From Candidatus Eiseniibacteriota bacterium (lineage in GTDB: Bacteria; Eisenbacteria; RBG-16-71-46): a stretch of DNA of 64,000 nt. Under the pieces are notes generated by a model, which did no database searches, had not been told where the DNA came from, and was given only the letters and a program-made list of their open reading frames with translations. Positions within the stretch are counted from its first letter, which is position 1. Every line of letters starts with the position of its first letter. The stretch is from positions 32,001 through 96,000 of the forward strand of contig JBBRLX010000008.1 of the NCBI GenBank assembly GCA_038231135.1, written 5' to 3'. The translations under genes were made by a program, and so were the position numbers. Positions 47,301-55,780 of this stretch are shown one piece after another.

Positions 47301-47573
47301 ACCACCGCCCCCGCCGAAGTCGAAGTCAAGCCGCAGCGCCTTGCCGTGTGCGCCGGCGTCGCTGCTCAACTTCAGCTTTACGCCATCCGCGGGGTGCGCG
47401 GACCAGGCGGAGATGTCTTCGAAGTCGTCGATCGTGGTGCGCGAGCCGATGGCCGTCGCGACGGGCGTGGTGACGGCGAAGGCGGGCGCGGCAGCGGCAC
47501 TCGCGGCGGCGGCGCTGGCGGCGGCGCACATCACCAGCGTCACGACAACTCCGCCGGTCACCGACAGCCTCAT
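44346..47573 (-). CDS. Exported discoidin (F5/8 type C) domain protein with a C-terminal (alpha/alpha)6 glycosidase-like domain
   Basis: Signal peptide, CBM-like IDDFED domain, ASASSS...LAADG...WWRS discoidin, QPGSRSYERSWIRDG, SISHEGYS...HSYWDD, GDMPHTWV; ATGA overlap with the permease. Confidence 0.8.
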   Translation of the reverse strand: MRLSVTGGVVVTLVMCAAASAAAASAAAAPAFAVTTPVATAIGSRTTIDDFEDISAWSAHPADGVKLKLSSDAGAHGKALRLDFDFGGGGGYAVAHRAVSFDVPQNYKFRFTVKGTCTPNDLEFKLIDASGDDVWWYNRRRLAFPAHWDTLATKQRQISFAWGPNPGELRHVAAIEFAVTAGTGGKGTVWLDDLSIETLRPAGGTPPEPRASASSSAPAHRPALAADGAVATWWRSAPGDPRPALTLDLGEGREFGGLVIDWGPNLSASNYGVEGSTDARRWTELRTVRNGNGGRDWLWLPESEARFLSVRTLEAPAARGIGIAELALQPLEFGATLENFYAAIAKHAPRGSYPRGLSGEQSYWAVVGLMGDRDEGLLGEDGAFETGKAQFSIEPFLRVGGRLRTWADVTSRQSLEDGDLPIPIVTWRVDSLELETTAFGLNEGSHIDGEAAFALSYRVRNLSDVPVRATLNLAMRPFQVNPPTQFLNTPGGVATIMSLERNGSMVRVNGNRVLTSLTPPTAFGAATFDQGDIVEFMRENRLPKSQRVDDPFGHASGALAYDLELPAHGDRTILLRIAAIRPMGGSRATRDSSLRSVEPVLGDASYWHTALHLPHIELPPAGAEVLRTLNAQIGWIQVNRDGPAIQPGSRSYERSWIRDGALTSSALLRTGDPKTVREFVEWFAAHQYPNGKVPCCVDARGADPVPEHDSSGELIFAIADYVRYTGDRAFAVKMWPVVARAATYLDSLRHERLTREWSTPANREFHGLLPPSISHEGYSAKPMHSYWDDLFALRGFKDAAWLAQYTGREPERRRWSNVRDEFQRDLRASIGAAMAKHHIDYIPGCADLGDFDATSTTIALDPVDAAAALPPGALQRTFEKYWEFFETRRKTDTWDAFTPYEVRTIGAFVELGWRDRANAALDWFMKYRRPAGWAQWAEVVDHDPRHPRFIGDMPHTWVGSDFVRSVLTMFAYEREADSALVIGAGVPLEWVNTSPGVTVRDLPTPHGLLSYSMHASGDSVVVRIGKGVRVPRGGIVVKAPSAKAFRRAVLGVVTVPVGSQGAVTVRRVPAVLILK

Positions 47574-48391
47574 CCCTTGACGCTCCCCAGCATCACGCCG
47601 CGGATGTACGCGCGCTGCAGCACCAGGAACACTGCCATGACCGGCAGCAGCGTGAGCACGCTGCCCGCCATCATGAGCTCGGTGTCCTGCACGTGCTCGC
47701 CGACGAGGTTGGCGAGCGCGACGGGCAGCGTGTACTTGCGGTCGTCGCTGAGGATGATCAGCGGCCACATGAAGTCGTTCCACATGCTGAGGAAGATGAA
47801 CGTGGCGAGCGTGACGAGGATCGGCTTGAGCAGCGGCATCACGATGGTCCAGAAGATCCGCAGCTCGCCGGCGCCGTCGATGCGCGCGGCGTCGAGCAGG
47901 TCGTCGGGGATCGACAGCGCGTACTGGCGCACCATGAAGATCGCGAAAATCGGCGCCAGCCCGGGGATCATGGCGCCCCACAGCGTGTTCACGAGTCCCA
48001 TTTTCTGCAGCATCAGGAACAGCGGCAGCATGCCGACCTGGCCGGGGATCACGAGCGCCGCGAGCAGCAGCCGGAACGTCGCCTCGCGGCCGGTGAACCG
48101 CAGCTTCGCGAACGCGTAGCCGGCCATGCTGTTCAGCAGCACGGCGATCGCCGTGGTGCCGACCGCGACGATCGTGCTGTTCAGCAAATGCCGCGCGAGG
48201 TCGAGCCGCGTGAACAGCGCAATGTAGTGGGCGAACGTGGCGTGGCTCGGCAGCAGCCGCGGCGGGAACGTGTTCGCCTCGCCCGCGGGCATGAACGACG
48301 CCGACAGCATCCACAGCAGCGGCGCCAGTGTGGCGACCACGCCGAGCGCCAGCAGCACGTGCAGTACGAACGACGGGGCGGCGCGCTTCAT
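47570..48391 (-). CDS. Carbohydrate ABC transporter permease (MalG-like)
   Basis: AGYAFAKLRF, IPDDLLDAARIDGA (EAA loop), WNDFMWPLI. Confidence 0.95.
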   Translation of the reverse strand: MKRAAPSFVLHVLLALGVVATLAPLLWMLSASFMPAGEANTFPPRLLPSHATFAHYIALFTRLDLARHLLNSTIVAVGTTAIAVLLNSMAGYAFAKLRFTGREATFRLLLAALVIPGQVGMLPLFLMLQKMGLVNTLWGAMIPGLAPIFAIFMVRQYALSIPDDLLDAARIDGAGELRIFWTIVMPLLKPILVTLATFIFLSMWNDFMWPLIILSDDRKYTLPVALANLVGEHVQDTELMMAGSVLTLLPVMAVFLVLQRAYIRGVMLGSVKG

Positions 48392-49279
48392 TCAGGCCTC
48401 GCTCCGGCGCTGGATCTGGAGCTGGATCATGGTGCCGATCAGCATGATCACGAACAGCACGAACGCGATCGCGGCGGCGACGCCCATGCGCCACCAGCGG
48501 AACCCCTCCTGGTACATCAGCAGCACGACGGTGGTGGTGCTCTTGAGCGGGCCGCCCTGAGTCATGACGTAGGGCTCGGAGAACAGCTGGAACTGGCCGA
48601 GCATCGTCAGCACGCACACGAACAGCAGCGTGGGTCCCAACCCGGGCAGCGTGATGTGGCGGAATCGCGCCCAGCCGCTGACGCCGTCGAGATCCGCGGC
48701 CTCGTACTGCTCGTCGGGAATGCTCTGCAGGCCGGCGATGAAGATCAGCATGTTGTAGCCGAAGTTCTTCCACACCGCCATCAGGATGATCGCGGGCATA
48801 GCCCAGTGCGGGTTGCCGAGCCAGTCGATCGGCTTGATGCCGAACTGCCCGAGCGCGAAGTCGATCAACCCGTACTGCGGGTGATAGAGGTAGCGCCACA
48901 CGATCGCCACGGCCACCAGCGTGGTGACGACGGGCACGAAGAACACCGAGCGGAAGAACGCCTGAAACCGTGTGAGGCGCGAGCTGACGGCCATGGCGGC
49001 GAGCAGCGACGCCAGCACCGACAGCGGCCCGCCCACCACCACGAAGTAGAACGTGTTGCCGAGCGCCTTCCAGAACTCCGGGTCCGACAGGATGCGCGCG
49101 TAGTTCCCGAGGCCCTGAAACCGCACGTTCGAGAGATCACCGATGGCGTAGAGGTCGAAGTCGGTGAGGCTCAGCACCAGCCCCGCGATCACCGGCAGGA
49201 AGAAGAATACGGTGATCAGGCCCAGCGAGGGCGCGACGAACGCCCAGCCGGCGCGGGTTTCCTGGCGCTCCCCTTTCAC
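48392..49279 (-). CDS. Carbohydrate ABC transporter permease (MalF-like)
   Basis: GLGNY, WKNFGYNMLIFIAGLQSIP, YEAADLDG, MTQGGP. Confidence 0.95.
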   Translation of the reverse strand: MKGERQETRAGWAFVAPSLGLITVFFFLPVIAGLVLSLTDFDLYAIGDLSNVRFQGLGNYARILSDPEFWKALGNTFYFVVVGGPLSVLASLLAAMAVSSRLTRFQAFFRSVFFVPVVTTLVAVAIVWRYLYHPQYGLIDFALGQFGIKPIDWLGNPHWAMPAIILMAVWKNFGYNMLIFIAGLQSIPDEQYEAADLDGVSGWARFRHITLPGLGPTLLFVCVLTMLGQFQLFSEPYVMTQGGPLKSTTTVVLLMYQEGFRWWRMGVAAAIAFVLFVIMLIGTMIQLQIQRRSEA

Positions 49280-50592
49280 GGCTGCCCCGCCGCCGTATGG
49301 CGCGCGCGCTCGAGCATCCAGCGGCGCTTCTCGAGCATCTGGTTCACGTCGCGATCGAGCGCCGCCAGCGCCGAATCGGGCGGCACGTGGCCCAGCACCA
49401 CCGACTCAACGCGGTCCTGCAGCTTCACCGAGATCTGCTCCCACTCGGGCACCTTGGGCGTCGACACGGTTCGGGTGAGCTGCTGCTCGAACGCACGCAG
49501 GTGCGGATCGTTGGTGAGCGCGGTGTCGCGCCACGCCTCGCGCCGCGCGGGCAGGTCGCCAGTGAGGGAACGGAACCGGAGCTGCTGCTCCGGCCGCGAC
49601 AGGAACTCCACCAGCTTCCACGCCTCAGCCTTGTGCTTCGAGGCGCGGAACAGCACGAGGCTCGAGCCGCCGGCCACCGACACGCCGGGGCCGTCGGGCC
49701 CGGGCAGGGCCGCCGTCTCCCACGACGACTGCATCGCGGGCGAGATGCGGTTGCGGAACTCGCCGACCTGCCATGGGCCGCTGATGTACATCGCGAACGT
49801 GCCCCGCTCGAATTCCTGGTAAAGGTTCGCGATCGCGGTACCCGGCACGCGCGGCGCCAGGTCACGCTGGAACAGGTCGATGTAGAACTGCATCGCGCGG
49901 CGGTACGCCGGCCCCTCGAAATCGCCGTGCGTGCCCGTCGAATCGAGCAGTGTCGATCCGGTCTGGAGGCCGAACACGATCCACGGCGTGTATTCATTGG
50001 TCGGCAGGAAGATCGCGTAATGATGCGGCCCACCCTGGCGTTTGATGACCTCCATCGCCTGGCGCCAGTCGGCCCAGTTGGAGGGCATCTCGCGATACCC
50101 GGCGCGGGCGAGCAGGTCCTTGCGATAGAACAGCAGGCGCGTGTCGACGTACCACGGAATGCCGTACGGCACGCCGTCGAGCACGTTGGTGTCCCAGATG
50201 CCGGCGAAATACGCGCTCTCGGGCACGGCGGTGGACGCGCGCAGATAGGCATCGAGCGGCTCGATCGCGTGGAGCGCGCCGAATTCCGCGATCCAGGTGT
50301 TGCCAAGCTGCGAGATGTCGGGCGTGGAGCCGCCGACGTGGGCCGTGAGCAGCTTCTCGTGTGCGGCGCCCCACGGAATCTGCTGGACGAGCACATGGAT
50401 ATTTGGATTCTCGCGCTCGAAGTCGTGCACCAGATCCTGCACCACCTCGCCCTCGCGGCCCATGGCCCAGAACCGCAGCGTGACGGGGCCGGGGCCGGAC
50501 TGCGGGTGGCAGCCGGCGAGCGCGGCGCAGGCGAGCAGCAGCATGATCGCCGCCGCGTGGGCCAGTCGCACGGTCGAATGGGGTCGCATCAT
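49276..50592 (-). CDS. Carbohydrate ABC transporter substrate-binding lipoprotein
   Basis: Lipobox LAGC, PDISQLG, YGIPWYVDTRLLFYRKDL, AMYISGPW. Confidence 0.94.
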   Translation of the reverse strand: MMRPHSTVRLAHAAAIMLLLACAALAGCHPQSGPGPVTLRFWAMGREGEVVQDLVHDFERENPNIHVLVQQIPWGAAHEKLLTAHVGGSTPDISQLGNTWIAEFGALHAIEPLDAYLRASTAVPESAYFAGIWDTNVLDGVPYGIPWYVDTRLLFYRKDLLARAGYREMPSNWADWRQAMEVIKRQGGPHHYAIFLPTNEYTPWIVFGLQTGSTLLDSTGTHGDFEGPAYRRAMQFYIDLFQRDLAPRVPGTAIANLYQEFERGTFAMYISGPWQVGEFRNRISPAMQSSWETAALPGPDGPGVSVAGGSSLVLFRASKHKAEAWKLVEFLSRPEQQLRFRSLTGDLPARREAWRDTALTNDPHLRAFEQQLTRTVSTPKVPEWEQISVKLQDRVESVVLGHVPPDSALAALDRDVNQMLEKRRWMLERARHTAAGQP

Positions 50593-50659
50593 GGGACCTG
50601 CACGCAACACCGGAGGGGCCGCATCGCCGGACCTTACCGCAACGCCGTCCGTGCCCGCA

Positions 50660-52150
50660 TCATCGCGGCGCCCGGTCCAGCCAGCCGCCCGTAAATCCCG
50701 CGGCGCGCAGGCCGCGGATGACGTGCGGGTTCTTCCGCATCGTGCGCCACACCAGGTCCGAACGATAGTTCTCGGTCATGGCGAGAATTGGACCCTCGTC
50801 GATGCCGAGGTAGTCGGTGTCGTACCAGCCGGCGCCCTGGACCACGTGGCCGGCGGAAACGCCGGCGGCGGAATCCCGCAGCGTAGGATTCACGGCGTCG
50901 ACGAACCCGTAGCGTGTGAAGCCGGCGTCGCCGAAGCGATCGCGCATCGCGACCAGCGTCGGCACCACGATCTCGGGCGCGAACGCGATCGAGCCGCCCG
51001 CGGCGCTCGGCGAGATCGTGCCGTCATCGCGCACCGTGTTGAACGTCGCGCCGCGCGGCCAGTAGGTGTGGAACTCGCGTGATCGGCCCGCGATCGTCCG
51101 GGTGCCGTCCAGCGGTCCGTCGCACGCGGTGAGTCCCCACATCCGATCCCCGTAGCCCGCCCAGTTGGCCGGGTTGTCGATCGCATAGGCATGCTGCGCC
51201 AGCGTCGCGCGCCGCGAGTTCTCGAAGTAGTCGAGCCCGCGCGCGCGCATGACGCTGTCGCGGATGCCGCGGAAGTCGACCCAGATGTGCGTGTACTGAT
51301 ATCCGAACAGCGGGGCGAACCCGAGGTAGTCCTGGCCGTGGAACGTGCCCCACTTGTAGCCCTCGGTGTAAGCCGTCCACGTCTTCGGGTGCACCCGGTG
51401 TGTCGTCGAGCCCAGCGCCAGGATCTGCACCAGCATGGTCTCGTTGTAGCCGCGCCAGTCGTACGGCAGGTGGCCGTGCTCCGGATCCCAGCCCAGCACG
51501 ATCGTGGGCGGCCGGATCTGGGTCCACGTCCAGTCGGCGCGGTCGTAGAGCGAATCGGCGATCGCGCGAATTCTCGCTTCCCGCGGATTCGCGCGATCGA
51601 AGTACGACTGGCAGAACAACGCACCCGCGAACAGCAGCGCCGAATCCATCGTCGACAACTCGACGTCCTTGAAGCGCGCGCCGGTCTCGGGCACCAGGAA
51701 GTGATAGAAGAATCCGCGGTAGCCGGTGCTGCCCGCCCGAGCGGTGTCCTCCCGCGCGGTCCAGAAGAACTCCAGCGTGCGGAGCACGCGCTCGGCGGCA
51801 GCCTCGCGCGTGACGTAGCCGCGCTCGGCACCGATCGGGTAGGCGGTGAGCGCGAACCCGACCGCGCCCACGCTGATGAACGATTGCGTCGGCCAGCGGT
51901 CGGGCGTGAGCCCGCGCAGCGAATCGCTCAGGTCCCAGAAGAATCCGAACGTGCGGCGCTCGAGCGTGTCGAGGAACGCGGTCTGGCGCGCGCTCGGAAC
52001 GAACTTGCGTGCGGGAGCCGTGGGCGTCGCGGTGGCGCCGCCGGCGTGGGCCATCGTCGCGGGCTGGCAGCCGGTGGTGATGAACAGCGCGGCCGCCATG
52101 GCGACTGCCAGCGCCCAGGCCGCGGGCGCGAGACTGGTCCGCACCGTCAT
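50660..52150 (-). CDS. GH144 (glucoamylase-like/DUF3131) beta-1,2-glucanase, lipoprotein
   Basis: Lipobox-like TTGC; GFFYHFL, ELSTMD, WRGYNE, PLFGYQYTHIWVDFR, YFENSRRAT, WGLTACD, GIDEGP. Confidence 0.85.
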   Translation of the reverse strand: MTVRTSLAPAAWALAVAMAAALFITTGCQPATMAHAGGATATPTAPARKFVPSARQTAFLDTLERRTFGFFWDLSDSLRGLTPDRWPTQSFISVGAVGFALTAYPIGAERGYVTREAAAERVLRTLEFFWTAREDTARAGSTGYRGFFYHFLVPETGARFKDVELSTMDSALLFAGALFCQSYFDRANPREARIRAIADSLYDRADWTWTQIRPPTIVLGWDPEHGHLPYDWRGYNETMLVQILALGSTTHRVHPKTWTAYTEGYKWGTFHGQDYLGFAPLFGYQYTHIWVDFRGIRDSVMRARGLDYFENSRRATLAQHAYAIDNPANWAGYGDRMWGLTACDGPLDGTRTIAGRSREFHTYWPRGATFNTVRDDGTISPSAAGGSIAFAPEIVVPTLVAMRDRFGDAGFTRYGFVDAVNPTLRDSAAGVSAGHVVQGAGWYDTDYLGIDEGPILAMTENYRSDLVWRTMRKNPHVIRGLRAAGFTGGWLDRAPR

Positions 52151-55100
52151 CCGAGCACCACGTCCACGCGATGCACTTCGCCGTCGCGCAGCACGGGAAC
52201 GCTCACGCCATCCTCCGCCACGTCGAGAGCCTCGCCGTCGAGGCTCGCCGACACCACGCGCCCCGCGCGCTTGCCGCGGCGCTCCACACGCACCTCGTAG
52301 CGTCCCGCGGTTCCCGGCACGCGCCAGTCGAGCTCATAGCCCGGCCAGTCGTCGGGGATCCGCGGCGCGATCACCAGCGTGTCGCCGCCGTGCCACGTGA
52401 CCCCCAGCACTGATTCGATCGTGACGCGCAGCATCCAGCCCGCCGAGCCCGTGTACCAGGTCCAGCCGCCGCGGCCGACGTGGGGAGCGGCGCCGTACAC
52501 GTCCGCCGCGATCACGTACGGCTCCACGCGATAGTTCGCGATGCGCGCGGGAGTGCGGGTGTGGGTGACGGGGCTCAGCATCTCGAGCAGTGGTGCCGCG
52601 CGGTCGCGGCGGCCCAGCTCGGCCAGCGCGCGCACCACCCACAGCGCGGCGTGCGTATACTGCCCGCCGTTCTCGCGCACGCCGGGCACGTAGCCCTTGA
52701 TGTAGCCCGGGTCGTGCGGAGTGTGCTCGAACGGCGGCGTGAGCAGCCGGATCAGCCCTTCCGCCTCCGACACCAGCAGTTTCTCGACCGCATCCATCGC
52801 CCGCCCGGCCCGCGCCGGCGGCACCGCACCGGAGATCACCGACCATGCCTGCGCCAGCGCGTCGATGCGGCATTCGTCGCCGGTCTTGGAACCGAGCGGC
52901 GTGCCGTCGTCGTAGTAGCCCCTGCGATACCAACCACCGTCCCAGCCGCCGGACTCGAGCGCGGCCACGAGTTTCGCGCGATGCTGCGCGTAGCGTGCGG
53001 CGCGGGCGGTGTCGCCGCGGCGTTCGCACGCCGGGATGAAGCCGCCGAGCACGGCGTGGAGGAAGAACCCCATCCACACGCTCTCGCCGCGGCCCTCGCG
53101 CCCCACGCGGTTCATGCCGTCGTTCCAGTCGCCGGTGCCGAACAACGGCAGACCGTGGGCGCCGGTCGCGAGCGAGCGGTCGATCGCGCGGCAGCAGTGT
53201 TCGTACACGATCCCCGCCCGGCCGGCGTCCGTCGGTTCGAGCAGCGCCTCGTCCTCGCCCGGCTCGAGCTGGCGCGCCCTTAGGAAGGGTGCAGACTCGT
53301 CGAGCACGCTCCAGTCGCCGGTCTGGTCCACGTAGTTCATCGCCAGATACGGCAGCCATAGCAGGTCGTCCACAAAGCGCGTGCGCAGCCCGCGATCCGA
53401 CGGCGGGTGCCACCAGTGGAGCACGTCGCCCTGCGCGAACTGGTGGCCGGCGTGCAGCAGCACCTGGCCGCGCGCGAGCTCGGGCGCCCACATCGTCAGC
53501 GACATCGCGTCCTGGAGCTGGTCGCGGAACCCGTACGCGCCGCCCGACTGGTAGAACGCCGACCGCGCCCAGATCCGGCACGCCAGCGTCTGGTAGGCGA
53601 GCCAGCCGTTCGCCATGAGATCGATCGCGGGCCGCGGCGTGGAGATTCGCACCCCCGACACGAGCTCCGCCCAGAACGCCCGCACCTCGGCGAGCGCCGC
53701 GTCGATCGCGCCCGGCGCGCGGTAACGGCGCGCGAGCGCCCACGCCGCGGCTGGATCGCGCGCCTCACCCAGCAGGAATGTCACGACGCCCGTGGCGCCC
53801 GCGGCCACGTCGAGCCGCGCGCGCAGCGCGAAGCACGGCTCGCGATCGGTGCCGGTCGCTCGGTCGAGATCGCGGCCCTCGGCGACCGCCCGGGGCGCGG
53901 CCACCGTGCCGCGCGTGCCCAGGAACGACGCGCGGTCGCCGGTGAAACCCGGCCGCGGCGCGCCGGCGGGCAGCACAGCCGCGGCGAACGCGGAGCTCGC
54001 GGGCAGCGTGTCGCGCTCGCGGCGCCGCGCGAGCAGCACACCCGCGTCGGTATCCCACGTCGTGATCAGGGTACGCGCCGCGGCCCTGGGATCGTCGCCC
54101 AGGACCAGGCGCTGATACGAATACACCGCGAGCCGCCGCGGCCTGGAACCCAGGTTCGTGATCGCGACCGACACCACCTTGAGCGGATCCTCGCGCGGCA
54201 CGAACAGCGTGGTGTCGTGTTCGAGCCCGTGGCTCGCGTGGGTGCAGCGGGTGTAGCCGAAGCCGTGGCGCACCTCGTAGCCGGCGGCCGCCGGAGCCGG
54301 ACCCGGCAACGGCGACCAGTATTCGCCGGTGTCCTCGTCGCGCACGTACCACGCCTCGCCGTGCGGATCGAGCAGCGGATCGTTGCTCCACGGCGTGAGC
54401 CGGTACTCGCGGCTGTTGCCGCTCCACGTCGAGCCCGCGCCGGTCTCGCTCACCAGGGTGCCGAACGATTCGTTCGCGAGCACGTTGATCCACGGCGCCG
54501 GCGGCCGCAGCAGCCCGGCGCGGGCACGGTGCGGCAGGCGGATCACATACTCGGAACCGTCTGCCGAGAACGCGCCGTGGGCATTCCGCTCGCGCAGCTG
54601 TTCCGGGCGCGCGGCGCGCCGCGGCGGCCGCGCCGGAGCCCGCGGCGCTTCCGGAGGCGACTCGTAGTTCCGGGGCAGGCTGTCGAGCAGCGAGGCATGG
54701 CGCCCGTGCGGCTTGCCGCCGACGGGCGTGGTGCCCTGGAGCTGCGCCACCGTCGCCGCGTCGCGCCGCGCGGCCTCGGCGGCGCTCACGCCCTCGAGCG
54801 CGTGCGCCTCACGCGCGTGGGCGGCGGCGCGCTCGAACGCGGCGTTCGCCGTGGCGACGGGCCGCCGCACCAGCGCCAGCGCCTCGTCGCGCCCGGCGGC
54901 GGCACCGAGCAGCAGCAGCACCCGCGCCGTACCGCCGGGCGCGAGCCGTACGACGCGGCGCAGACTCACCACCGGATCGAGCACGTTGCCCACGGTGCCC
55001 GACAACCGGCCGCTGCCGGTCAGCGCCCGCGGCGACTCGAGACTCCCACCGCGGCCCACGAACCGCTCGCGGTCGGTCTCGTGCTGAACGGCCCCCGGCC

Positions 55101-55698
55101 CCGGCATGGCGTGCACGAGCCAGGGATGCGTCTCATCGGGGCTGCGCGGGCGGCGGCGCACCAGCAGTGCGCGCTCGGCGGCGGCCCATTCGGTCTGTAG
55201 AAACAGCTTGGAGTACGCGGGGTGCGCGGCATCGGCCGCGGCGTCGTGCAGCACCACCTCGGCGTAGCTCGTGACTTCGATGCGGCGCGCGCGGCGCGAA
55301 CGGTTGTGCAACGTGACGCGGCGCACCTCGAGCGGCAGTCCCGGATCGACGCAGACTTCGAGTCGCGACTCGATGCCGTGATCGCGGCGCGCGATTTCGA
55401 ACACCCCCGGCCGCCAGATCGCGTCGTACGCCTCGGGCGCCGACCGCACGGGCTCGTGGCCCGCCGACCACACCTGGGCGCCGTCGAGATCCCGCAGATA
55501 CACGAGTGTGCCCTCGCGATCCTCGATCGGATCGCCGGCCCAGCGCGTGAGCGTGGTCGCCCCGCACGTCGTCACGCCGGTGCCGTAGGCGGTGATCACC
55601 GCCTGGAACGCGGCGTCGCCGAGCACCGCCGCGGGCGTCAGCGGCGTCCGGGGTCCGGTCACGCCCGGGCTAGGCGGCGCGACTTCGATCGTGGACAT
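52147..55698 (-). CDS. GH94 phosphorylase of the Cgs/NdvB C-terminal type (probable beta-1,2-oligoglucan phosphorylase)
   Basis: Two beta-sandwich units (HPAYSKLF; PAPWINVLAN, RLTPWSNDP), YQSGGAYGFRDQLQD, GDWNDGMN, RENGGQYTHAA, GRGGWTWYTGSAGW; no GT84 domain and no TM segments. Confidence 0.88.
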   Translation of the reverse strand: MSTIEVAPPSPGVTGPRTPLTPAAVLGDAAFQAVITAYGTGVTTCGATTLTRWAGDPIEDREGTLVYLRDLDGAQVWSAGHEPVRSAPEAYDAIWRPGVFEIARRDHGIESRLEVCVDPGLPLEVRRVTLHNRSRRARRIEVTSYAEVVLHDAAADAAHPAYSKLFLQTEWAAAERALLVRRRPRSPDETHPWLVHAMPGPGAVQHETDRERFVGRGGSLESPRALTGSGRLSGTVGNVLDPVVSLRRVVRLAPGGTARVLLLLGAAAGRDEALALVRRPVATANAAFERAAAHAREAHALEGVSAAEAARRDAATVAQLQGTTPVGGKPHGRHASLLDSLPRNYESPPEAPRAPARPPRRAARPEQLRERNAHGAFSADGSEYVIRLPHRARAGLLRPPAPWINVLANESFGTLVSETGAGSTWSGNSREYRLTPWSNDPLLDPHGEAWYVRDEDTGEYWSPLPGPAPAAAGYEVRHGFGYTRCTHASHGLEHDTTLFVPREDPLKVVSVAITNLGSRPRRLAVYSYQRLVLGDDPRAAARTLITTWDTDAGVLLARRRERDTLPASSAFAAAVLPAGAPRPGFTGDRASFLGTRGTVAAPRAVAEGRDLDRATGTDREPCFALRARLDVAAGATGVVTFLLGEARDPAAAWALARRYRAPGAIDAALAEVRAFWAELVSGVRISTPRPAIDLMANGWLAYQTLACRIWARSAFYQSGGAYGFRDQLQDAMSLTMWAPELARGQVLLHAGHQFAQGDVLHWWHPPSDRGLRTRFVDDLLWLPYLAMNYVDQTGDWSVLDESAPFLRARQLEPGEDEALLEPTDAGRAGIVYEHCCRAIDRSLATGAHGLPLFGTGDWNDGMNRVGREGRGESVWMGFFLHAVLGGFIPACERRGDTARAARYAQHRAKLVAALESGGWDGGWYRRGYYDDGTPLGSKTGDECRIDALAQAWSVISGAVPPARAGRAMDAVEKLLVSEAEGLIRLLTPPFEHTPHDPGYIKGYVPGVRENGGQYTHAALWVVRALAELGRRDRAAPLLEMLSPVTHTRTPARIANYRVEPYVIAADVYGAAPHVGRGGWTWYTGSAGWMLRVTIESVLGVTWHGGDTLVIAPRIPDDWPGYELDWRVPGTAGRYEVRVERRGKRAGRVVSASLDGEALDVAEDGVSVPVLRDGEVHRVDVVLG

Positions 55699-55780
55699 GA
55701 GGGGTGGACTCCGTCCCGCGGACCGCAACGGACCGTGGGACCGGCGAAATGGAACGGGCGGGCGTACGGCGCAACCGCGG

